Shown here piece after piece: positions 26,010-32,000 of a stretch of DNA of 32,000 nt. Location: NCBI RefSeq assembly GCF_900199515.1, contig NZ_LT963434.1, positions 1,922,180-1,954,179 on the forward strand, read 5' to 3'. The stretch's first letter is position 1, and each line of letters opens with the position of its first letter. Source of the DNA: Massilicoli timonensis. GTDB taxonomy: Bacteria; Bacillota_I; Bacilli_A; Erysipelotrichales; Erysipelotrichaceae. The notes beneath the pieces are model-generated. The model saw only the letters and a list, made by a program, of their open reading frames with translations, searched no databases and was not told the origin of the DNA. The position numbers and the translations under genes were made by a program.

Positions 26010-26840
26010 TTAAAACTCCATCTTTATAATTGACATCTTCATCATTCTATCCCCCAGTCTTGCAAGCAGACGATGAGATGGATGGATGCCTGGACTTTTC
26101 ATGTCATAATAGCCCAGCATATATCCTTTTGAGCTCACGTTGATTGTATCCGACCAGTTTAATTCTTTAAGTGGATCAGAAACACAGAAATAGCCTTTCA
26201 CATCCTGTATTCCCATGTTTTTAAGAATTTTACTCATCATGAGCCTGAGTCCTGTTTTTCCTACTGTATCAAAAATCAGACAACCGTTCGGATAATGCTG
26301 TGAGAGTCTTAAAACCAGTGCTTTGACTTCTTCTGTTTTAAAATAATGAAAGACACCTGAAGCAAACAGAATGATTCCCCTGCTTCCATCTATCTGATCC
26401 ATCCATGAATCATTTCTTATATCTGCCACGATATTCTCTTCTCTTTCATGTACTGGCATCCAAAGATTACGAATCTTAATAATGTCAGGAAAATCAATGT
26501 TGACAATATGGCATGTACCGTTATCACATGCAAGTCCGGTCTGATCCAATCCACAGCCTAAGTTTACAACGGTTGCATTAGGGTGCTTTTTGAGATAATT
26601 CTTTATTTCCCACATCATATCTAGCTGTCGCATAGCTGCTTCCAATGCACCAAACTCGTAGAAAAAGGTATCCTGCTTCTTTTCCAGCTCGCTAAAATCA
26701 TAATCCAGCTTTTCACAGAATGCTTTTGCAGATGTATCGGTATATAATTCAGGAAATTTCTCAGCACACATTTTTCTTCCAAACAGAGGTACGATCAGAG
26801 TTTCCTGAACCGAATTCTTTTCAATATGTATTTTATTCAT
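26010..26840 (-). CDS. Class I SAM-dependent methyltransferase, TcmP/leucine-carboxyl-methyltransferase (LCM, COG3315) type
   Basis: The N-terminal ETLIVPLFGRK...LDYDFS pattern and the SAM motif VVNLGCGLD are typical of TcmP-like O-methyltransferases. Confidence 0.7.
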   Translation of the reverse strand: MNKIHIEKNSVQETLIVPLFGRKMCAEKFPELYTDTSAKAFCEKLDYDFSELEKKQDTFFYEFGALEAAMRQLDMMWEIKNYLKKHPNATVVNLGCGLDQTGLACDNGTCHIVNIDFPDIIKIRNLWMPVHEREENIVADIRNDSWMDQIDGSRGIILFASGVFHYFKTEEVKALVLRLSQHYPNGCLIFDTVGKTGLRLMMSKILKNMGIQDVKGYFCVSDPLKELNWSDTINVSSKGYMLGYYDMKSPGIHPSHRLLARLGDRMMKMSIIKMEF

Positions 26841-26864
26841 TTATTATATTCGCCTCCTTTTTTG

Positions 26865-26880
26865 GTTAGCCTTGTATAAC
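26865..26880. promoter_or_regulatory. GTTAG-N6-CTAAC box, site D (methyltransferase promoter)
   Basis: The plus strand reads GTTAGCCTTGTATAAC (9/10). On the gene strand it begins 1 nt after an extended -10 TGaTATAAT (plus 26882-26890) and ends 1 nt before the A-run preceding RBS GGAGG. Confidence 0.5.
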
Positions 26881-26911
26881 TATTATATCAGATGAGAATC
26901 CCTTTTCATAG

Positions 26912-26940
26912 ATAAAAAGCCAAGCTGCATTAGCCTGGCT
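26912..26940 (-). terminator. Terminator of the ABC operon (minus strand)
   Basis: The minus strand reads AGCCAGGC-TAATGCA-GCTTGGCT followed by TTTTTAT. It overlaps the last codons and stop of the ABC gene. Confidence 0.65.
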
Positions 26941-28675
26941 GATTGGTAAGTTTATAGACTGATTCACTCCTATTCACCAGTTTCTGGTATAATCCCTTCT
27001 CTTTCAGAAGTTCTTCATGAGTGCCTGACTGTACAATGCTTCCCTGATCAATGACAAGTATTTGATTGGCTTTCTCAATAGTATGCAATCGGTGAGCAAT
27101 TACAATCAGTGTTTTTCCCTTGCATAGTTCCATGATGGCTTCCTGAATGTAGCTTTCATTATCAGCATCAACATTAGCGGTTGCTTCATCCAGAATGATA
27201 ATTGGCGAATCTTTTAGAATACAGCGGGCTATGGATATGCGCTGCTTTTCACCGCCTGATAGACTGGCTCCGCCTTCTCCAATAAGGGTATCAAAGCCAT
27301 TTTCCAGTTCCATGATAAAGTCATAGCAGCGAGCTTTTTTAGCTGCTTCAATCACTTCTTCTTTTGTCGCATCAGGTTTTGCCATGGCAATATTATTGTA
27401 AATGGTATCATGAAAAAGATACACTCTCTGGAATACCATGGAGATCTGATTCATCAAGCTTGCCAGCTGAACATCCTTGACATTTCTGCCATGAATGCAG
27501 ACTTCCCCTTGCGAAACATCCCAGAATCGTGTCAGAAGGGAAGCAATGGTGCTTTTTCCAGAACCGCTTGGCCCAGCCAATGCCAGCATTTCACCTTTTT
27601 TTAGATGAAAGTTTACATGATGCAGCACTTCCTTCTTTCCATAGGCAAAGCTGACATCCTTCATTTCAATTTCATATTCAGAAGAAACAGGAAACTCCTC
27701 TTTTCCGCTATCATTCAGTTCGCTTTCACGGAAAACATCTTCGATGCGATCCAGACAGCTGCTCATTACCGTAAAACGAGAACTTTCACTATAAAGTGCT
27801 TTTGTAGGAGCGTAAAGATCAAATACGAAGAGTATCATGCCAATCAGATAAGGAACGTCTAACATGGACTGTTTATAGAGTATGAATGCCAGCAGCAGCA
27901 TGATACTGGATCCAACTCCAAAGGCAATATTCAACAGTCGAGTATAAGGTGCAACAGCATATTCAAAATCTAGCGCAACCTTCATAGTGTGATCAAAATT
28001 ATCTGTAAGCTGTTTTGACTGTCTTCCCATCAGATTATAGGTTTTGATGATGCCTATACCTTCTGTGAAATCCAGAACCGCATTGGTCAGCTGTTCACTT
28101 TGCTGCTGACGGATGTCAGAATGGTATAATGCTTTTTTATCAAGCAGATGTCCTATATAGACCAGACAGAGAATAATAAGCAGGGATAGCATTCCGATAT
28201 AGGGGTTAAGGTAGAATAGAAAGGCTATCATGATGAACTGCGAGAAGATATAATTCATGGTATTCGCGACGACAGTCATGCAGTTTTCTTCAATAAATAC
28301 CATATCCGTTGACAGGACAGAACTGATTTTTCCCAAATTGCCTTCGGTAAAGTAGCCCATCGGCATCTTTCTAAGATGATTTCCTAAACGAATGCGCATA
28401 TCTGAAAAAATGTAATAGCCGGAAGCACTCTGCAGACGATCGGAAATATACTGACATAGTGTTTCCAGCAGAACGCTGATAAGCAGTGCCAAACCATATA
28501 GCCAGCATTTTTCTACGGTCATCGTCTGATTATAAAATTCCATGAAAACAAGGAATGCAATGCATAGAGGTGCTTTTGACAGCATTGATTTCAGAAAAGC
28601 AAAGATAAATGCAATCTGAATACGTGATTTATATTTGCCAGAAATTTTAATGATTCTGGATAGCAGTTTCAGCAT
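26930..28675 (-). CDS. ABC transporter permease/ATPase fusion (type I exporter fold), subunit 2 of a heterodimer
   Basis: 581 aa with an N-terminal 6-TM domain. The NBD has Walker A GPSGSGKST, signature LSGGEKQR, Walker B IIILDEATANVD and H-loop IAHRL. It overlaps the upstream ABC gene by 29 nt. Confidence 0.92.
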   Translation of the reverse strand: MLKLLSRIIKISGKYKSRIQIAFIFAFLKSMLSKAPLCIAFLVFMEFYNQTMTVEKCWLYGLALLISVLLETLCQYISDRLQSASGYYIFSDMRIRLGNHLRKMPMGYFTEGNLGKISSVLSTDMVFIEENCMTVVANTMNYIFSQFIMIAFLFYLNPYIGMLSLLIILCLVYIGHLLDKKALYHSDIRQQQSEQLTNAVLDFTEGIGIIKTYNLMGRQSKQLTDNFDHTMKVALDFEYAVAPYTRLLNIAFGVGSSIMLLLAFILYKQSMLDVPYLIGMILFVFDLYAPTKALYSESSRFTVMSSCLDRIEDVFRESELNDSGKEEFPVSSEYEIEMKDVSFAYGKKEVLHHVNFHLKKGEMLALAGPSGSGKSTIASLLTRFWDVSQGEVCIHGRNVKDVQLASLMNQISMVFQRVYLFHDTIYNNIAMAKPDATKEEVIEAAKKARCYDFIMELENGFDTLIGEGGASLSGGEKQRISIARCILKDSPIIILDEATANVDADNESYIQEAIMELCKGKTLIVIAHRLHTIEKANQILVIDQGSIVQSGTHEELLKEKGLYQKLVNRSESVYKLTNQPG

Positions 28676-30419
28676 AAGAGTTTACCTCCTTTGTTTTGAT
28701 TTTCCAAGTATGAGAAGCCGTTGCAGCGTTCCATAGCTTCTGATATTCGGCATTATTCTTTAATAAATCCTCATGCTTTCCAATACCGTCAATCTTTCCT
28801 TTTTTCATAACGATAATCTGATCAGCATTGACAATGGAAGGCAGGCGGTGTGCGATGATGAGAACTGTCTTATTCTGAATAATCTGTGAAATAGCCTTGT
28901 TCATCTTGTCTTCGTTTTCGCTGTCAATGAAAGCAGTCGCTTCATCTAGAATAATGATTGGTGCATCTTTTAGGATTGCTCTGGCCAGTGAAATTCTCTG
29001 TCTTTCACCTCCGGACAATTGCTTTCCTCCATCTCCGGCAGGCGTATCAATTCCTTTTTCAAGACGTGATAGAAAGTCATTGCACTGTGCCTGCTTAGCT
29101 GCCTGAAGAACTTCTTCATCGGTAGCCTCCAGATTTCCATATCGGATATTTTCCTTTAGTGTTGTGTTGAATAGAAACTGTTCCTGTGAAACATAAGAAA
29201 TCTGTTTATTTAACTGTTCGATGCTCATATCACAGATATTCTGTCCGCCTATGCTGATTTTTCCACTTTGTACATCATAGAAATGGACAAGCAGCTTAGC
29301 TAAGGTACTTTTTCCTGAACCTGATTCTCCGACAAAGGCAACCATCTGTCCCTGTGGAATATTAAGTGACACGTCATGGATCACCTCGTCTTTGTCATAG
29401 CTAAAGCAGACATGATCATATTTGATAGAGAAATCTTCTCCCATAAAAGCCTTGCTGTTTTGTTTCAAAGGTTCACTTGCCATGAGCTTTTCCAATGATT
29501 CGATTTTATAGTTGAGCTGAGGAAAGGTGGACATGAAATTCAGTGCTTTCAAAATAGGAACTCCCATGCCAAAGGATAAGCACAAGATAAGAATAAAGTC
29601 TGTCAGCGTACTATATCCCTGTAAAACCAGATAAGATCCAATCGGCAATGCGAACAAGGCAATGCATGGCAAAATGCTGCTGTAAAGAGCCATCCATGGC
29701 CATGATGCCTGATACCATTTTAAGGTGAAATCACGATAGGCTGTGACATCATCCTTTAATCGCTTATAAGAAGCTGCATCATGATTAAAAACCTTGACGA
29801 CTTCCATTCCCTGAACATATTCAATGATGGTATTGTTCATTTTGCCGGCAGAGGCATAATAATTTGCCATTTCCTTCATGCCTACACGATACATGATCAT
29901 CATAGAAATGATGCCGAAAGGCAGCGAGCATAGGGATAAAAGAGCCAGCTTCCAGTCAATAAAGAACATTGCAATTAGAATAATAACCGGTATGGAAACA
30001 TTTGCAATTCCTTCCGGAACTGCATGAGCAAGCAGCAGTTCAATGCTGTCGATGTCATCAATGAACATTTTTTTGAGAACACCGTTTCCTTTTTCCTGAA
30101 TAACACCTAAAGGAAGTTTTTCAAGACAGTCCTGCAGATAGGTACGGATATTCTTCAAGGTATGATAGGCGCTTTCGTGGGATAATGCCAGTCCTTTCAC
30201 ATATAAGATGCCGTGCATGATCATACATAAGACGATGACGGCGATATGAAGCAGGCAGTAAGACATGGAAATGTCCTGTCGATTGAGCAGCGGATTGATC
30301 AGTCGGTAAATCATAAAATAAGGAATAATGCTGAAAACAACAGCAATAATCAATACTATGATGGATTGATATGTTTTCTTTTTATATTCATGAGCGTATT
30401 GAAAGACTTTTTTAAACAT
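28647..30419 (-). CDS. ABC transporter permease/ATPase fusion (type I exporter fold), subunit 1 of a heterodimer
   Basis: 590 aa with Walker A GESGSGKST, LSGGERQR, IIILDEATAFID and IAHRL. RBS AAGGAGG lies 7 nt upstream of the ATG. Confidence 0.92.
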   Translation of the reverse strand: MFKKVFQYAHEYKKKTYQSIIVLIIAVVFSIIPYFMIYRLINPLLNRQDISMSYCLLHIAVIVLCMIMHGILYVKGLALSHESAYHTLKNIRTYLQDCLEKLPLGVIQEKGNGVLKKMFIDDIDSIELLLAHAVPEGIANVSIPVIILIAMFFIDWKLALLSLCSLPFGIISMMIMYRVGMKEMANYYASAGKMNNTIIEYVQGMEVVKVFNHDAASYKRLKDDVTAYRDFTLKWYQASWPWMALYSSILPCIALFALPIGSYLVLQGYSTLTDFILILCLSFGMGVPILKALNFMSTFPQLNYKIESLEKLMASEPLKQNSKAFMGEDFSIKYDHVCFSYDKDEVIHDVSLNIPQGQMVAFVGESGSGKSTLAKLLVHFYDVQSGKISIGGQNICDMSIEQLNKQISYVSQEQFLFNTTLKENIRYGNLEATDEEVLQAAKQAQCNDFLSRLEKGIDTPAGDGGKQLSGGERQRISLARAILKDAPIIILDEATAFIDSENEDKMNKAISQIIQNKTVLIIAHRLPSIVNADQIIVMKKGKIDGIGKHEDLLKNNAEYQKLWNAATASHTWKIKTKEVNSYAETAIQNH

Positions 30420-30436
30420 AGATATCCTCCTTGCGT

Positions 30437-30452
30437 GTTAGTCTAAGCTAAC
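30437..30452. promoter_or_regulatory. GTTAG-N6-CTAAC box, site E (between TetR-1 and the ABC genes)
   Basis: GTTAGTCTAAGCTAAC is an exact 10/10 match. On the gene strand it ends 4 nt before the ABC RBS AAGGAGG. An extra TAAC/GTTA half-repeat flanks it. Confidence 0.55.
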
Positions 30453-30485
30453 TAACAGTTAATTTTTTTAGCTCCCGATAGAGAG

Positions 30486-31103
30486 CTAATGTTTAAATCC
30501 TAAAACCTTATACCAGTCAAACAGATTGCAGACAAGCTGATTGTATCTTATGATTTCTTCCCAGCTGAAATCATGAACGAAAGGTTCATAAATGGTTTCC
30601 CAGAAGGCAGATAGAAGTACGTGCATTTCTCTGCGGGAAACCTGTACCTCCGTCAGATGTCTTCGATAGGCTTCCTTGTAGTATTCATATGTGTAATCAG
30701 ACATTTTCTGTACCCAGTCATGGCTGAAGGTTGAAAATTTTGAGCCTTCGCTTCTGCATAGAAGAAGCTTAAAGCATTCCTTTCTCTGATATAGAAATTC
30801 AAACCACCAGAGCATATAGCTTTCATCCATATCCCAGCTTCTGATTAGTGCTTCATCAGATACGGTATCGGGATCAGTCAGCTTTTTTTGATTGATGATC
30901 TCATTTAAGTCATCCAGCAGAGGCTGAACGACAGCAAGAAACAATTCCTCTTTGCCTTTATATCTTTTATATAAAGCTCCGGTTGTGACTTCAGCATTTC
31001 CGCATATGGATTTTAAAGAGGCATTCAGGAAACCTTCCTTCAGAAACTCCTGCTTGGCACTGTCTAAAATTTTAGGATCCAGTGTAGTATCTCTTTTTGA
31101 CAA
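30486..31103 (-). CDS. TetR/AcrR family transcriptional regulator (TetR-1), first gene of the ABC operon
   Basis: N-terminal TetR HTH (ILDSAKQEFLKEGFLNASLKSICGNAEVTTGALYKRYKGKEELF). The apparent start codon is TTG (plus 31101-31103), preceded by RBS AAAGGAGTGG. Confidence 0.88.
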   Translation of the reverse strand: MSKRDTTLDPKILDSAKQEFLKEGFLNASLKSICGNAEVTTGALYKRYKGKEELFLAVVQPLLDDLNEIINQKKLTDPDTVSDEALIRSWDMDESYMLWWFEFLYQRKECFKLLLCRSEGSKFSTFSHDWVQKMSDYTYEYYKEAYRRHLTEVQVSRREMHVLLSAFWETIYEPFVHDFSWEEIIRYNQLVCNLFDWYKVLGFKH

Positions 31104-31120
31104 ATGACCACTCCTTTACT

Positions 31121-31150
31121 GATAACTTAATTATCGATAATTACATTATC
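31121..31150. promoter_or_regulatory. Candidate TetR-1 operator: two tandem GATAA-N5-TTATC units
   Basis: GATAACTTAATTATC|GATAATTACATTATC. The junction forms a perfect 16-bp palindrome, TAATTATCGATAATTA (31128-31143). It lies directly downstream, on the minus strand, of the TetR-1 -10. Confidence 0.55.
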
Positions 31151-31178
31151 ATTATATCTTATTGTATGCAGTTGTCAA
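31151..31178 (-). promoter_or_regulatory. TetR-1/ABC operon promoter
   Basis: The minus strand has TTGACA (plus 31173-31178), a 16-nt spacer and TATAAT (plus 31151-31156). Confidence 0.65.
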
Positions 31179-31238
31179 TCATTTACTGATATTTTTAAAT
31201 TTTCAATAAATTTTGAAGTCAAAAATTTCCTGAATCAA

Positions 31239-31267
31239 TTGACAAAAGGAAAAAGATGTTTTATATT
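31239..31267 (+). promoter_or_regulatory. TetR-2 promoter
   Basis: TTGACA (31239-31244), 17-nt spacer, TATATT (31262-31267). Confidence 0.65.
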
Positions 31268-31297
31268 TAAAACAGTGTTACGTAACAGTGTTTTAAA
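31266..31297. promoter_or_regulatory. Candidate TetR-2 operator: 32-bp near-perfect palindrome
   Basis: TTTAAAACAGTGTTAC|GTAACAGTGTTTTAAA has 15 of 16 symmetric pairs, with a perfect core TGTTACGTAACA. It overlaps the -10 and +1 of the TetR-2 promoter. It can also be read as a direct repeat of AACAGTGTT, twice. Confidence 0.6.
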
Positions 31298-31313
31298 AGT
31301 TTGGAGGTGAGCC

Positions 31314-31925
31314 ATGCCAAAGAGAAAGGAAGGCGTTTATGAGAAAATCCTGGACGCCGCAAAAAAGGAGTTTCTGTCTAAGGGATTTCGTGATGCATCG
31401 CTTCGAGTGATTGCCAGAGAAGCAGATACCAGCACAAGTTCAATTTACACAAGATTTAAAGATAAGCAGGGACTTTTTGATGCTATCATTCAGCCTGTTG
31501 GAGATGAATATATAGAGATGTTTACGAAGATTCAGGAACAGTTCTGGCAGATGGAATCCTATGATGATTATGACTATATGCTGGAATACAGCGAGAACGG
31601 ACAGAAAATGCTGCTGAATTATATCTATGAACACTTTGATGAATTTCAGCTGCTGTTATGTCAGGCGGATGAAGCGCAGAAGGATCGTTTCATGAATACC
31701 CTGATTGATATAGAAACGAAGGGCTCACTGGAATATCTGGATGTCATGCAGCCAAAACAGCGTGTTGATGAAGAATTTATGCATATTGTCAATACAGCTT
31801 TTTTCAACGGCTTTTTTGAAATCGTCCATCATAAGATGGACAGGGAAAAAGCTTATCAGTATATTACAAGACTGAGAGCATTTTATAACGCCGGATATGC
31901 GACTGTTTATGATGCGGAGTTCTAA
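31314..31925 (+). CDS. TetR/AcrR family transcriptional regulator (TetR-2)
   Basis: N-terminal TetR HTH (ILDAAKKEFLSKGFRDASLRVIAREADTSTSSIYTRFKDKQGLF). RBS GGAGGTG lies upstream. It is a paralogue-like partner of TetR-1. Confidence 0.88.
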   Translation: MPKRKEGVYEKILDAAKKEFLSKGFRDASLRVIAREADTSTSSIYTRFKDKQGLFDAIIQPVGDEYIEMFTKIQEQFWQMESYDDYDYMLEYSENGQKMLLNYIYEHFDEFQLLLCQADEAQKDRFMNTLIDIETKGSLEYLDVMQPKQRVDEEFMHIVNTAFFNGFFEIVHHKMDREKAYQYITRLRAFYNAGYATVYDAEF

Positions 31926-31950
31926 GGAACTCTTTCTTTTAAAGAATTTG

Positions 31951-31966
31951 GTTAGCTAAAACTAAC
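31951..31966. promoter_or_regulatory. GTTAG-N6-CTAAC box, site F (downstream of TetR-2, ahead of the next gene)
   Basis: GTTAGCTAAAACTAAC is an exact 10/10 match, preceded by AAGAAT-TTG. Site C has the equivalent TATAAT-TTG on its gene strand. A possible ATG at 31980 (MIGIDNT...) runs off the window. Confidence 0.5.
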
Positions 31967-32000
31967 TTCTGAAAGTGAGATGATAGGAATAGACAATACA

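Noticed and set aside
27410-30446. Plus-strand ORFs lie inside the ABC genes (27410..27604, 27605..27862, 28897..29106, 30246..30446).
   Set aside because: They are antisense to two ABC half-transporters that carry complete Walker and signature motifs, so they are shadow ORFs.
31121-31156. The TetR-1 operator could be a Fur box, because it is built from GATAAT/ATTATC hexamers (GATAAC tta ATTATC GATAAT tac ATTATC ATTATA).
   Set aside because: The hexamer spacing (6-3-6) does not fit the Fur/PerR/Zur 7-1-7 or the 19-bp GATAATGATAATCATTATC arrangement. AT-rich promoter DNA easily yields such hexamers. Position next to a TetR gene favours a TetR operator. It is worth a PWM scan but is not claimed.
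1-32000. I looked for CRISPR arrays, IS elements and transposase or integrase genes, rRNA genes, toxin-antitoxin pairs and recognisable phage-defence operons.
   Set aside because: No regularly spaced direct repeats with unique spacers were seen. No transposase or recombinase motifs appear in any ORF, there is no terminal-inverted-repeat pair, and no defence-type domains (nucleases, helicases, STAND, TIR, etc.) are present. The only repeat arrays are the short 11-12-bp units at 21766-21833.

Overview
Chromosomal window from a low-GC Gram-positive (Firmicutes-type) genome. The taxon is inferred from promoter, RBS and terminator style and from gene content. All coordinates were hand-counted, so short sites may be off by 1-3 nt.

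Positions 1-21.7 kb are housekeeping. They hold a 5'-truncated UMF1-type MFS transporter and a DAACS amino-acid/dicarboxylate symporter behind a terminator/antiterminator leader. Next come a DJ-1/PfpI protein, htpG behind two CIRCE elements, a HAD phosphatase and a RumA/RlmD-type 23S rRNA m5U methyltransferase. These are followed by a feoA-feoA-feoB-Cys-rich-peptide operon, tRNA-Leu(CAG), a VanY-type lipoprotein carboxypeptidase, a CapA lipoprotein, a YrrM-like O-methyltransferase, a membrane-anchored RraB-like protein and an XRE regulator. The block ends with ecfA1-ecfA2-ecfT-truA, a PHP phosphatase and rplM-rpsI.

After the rpsI terminator (about 21.7 kb) the sequence looks more AT-rich by eye and becomes an accessory block that runs off the window. 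It encodes an ATC-hydrolase-like protein, a transglutaminase-like protein and a BAAT-type alpha/beta hydrolase. It also encodes a membrane protein, an alpha/beta hydrolase broken by one in-frame TAG and a TcmP/LCM-type methyltransferase. It ends with a heterodimeric exporter-fold ABC pair and two divergent TetR regulators.

The most interesting signal is a 16-bp inverted repeat, GTTAG-N6-CTAAC. There are three exact copies and four with one mismatch, and all are intergenic. Most sit immediately downstream of a -10 hexamer. They are found at the feoA promoter and at essentially every non-TetR transcription unit of the accessory block. The box resembles the DtxR/IdeR 19-bp iron box, which suggests an undescribed metal-responsive regulon linking Feo to the island. 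No CRISPR array, IS element, integrase or rRNA gene was seen.
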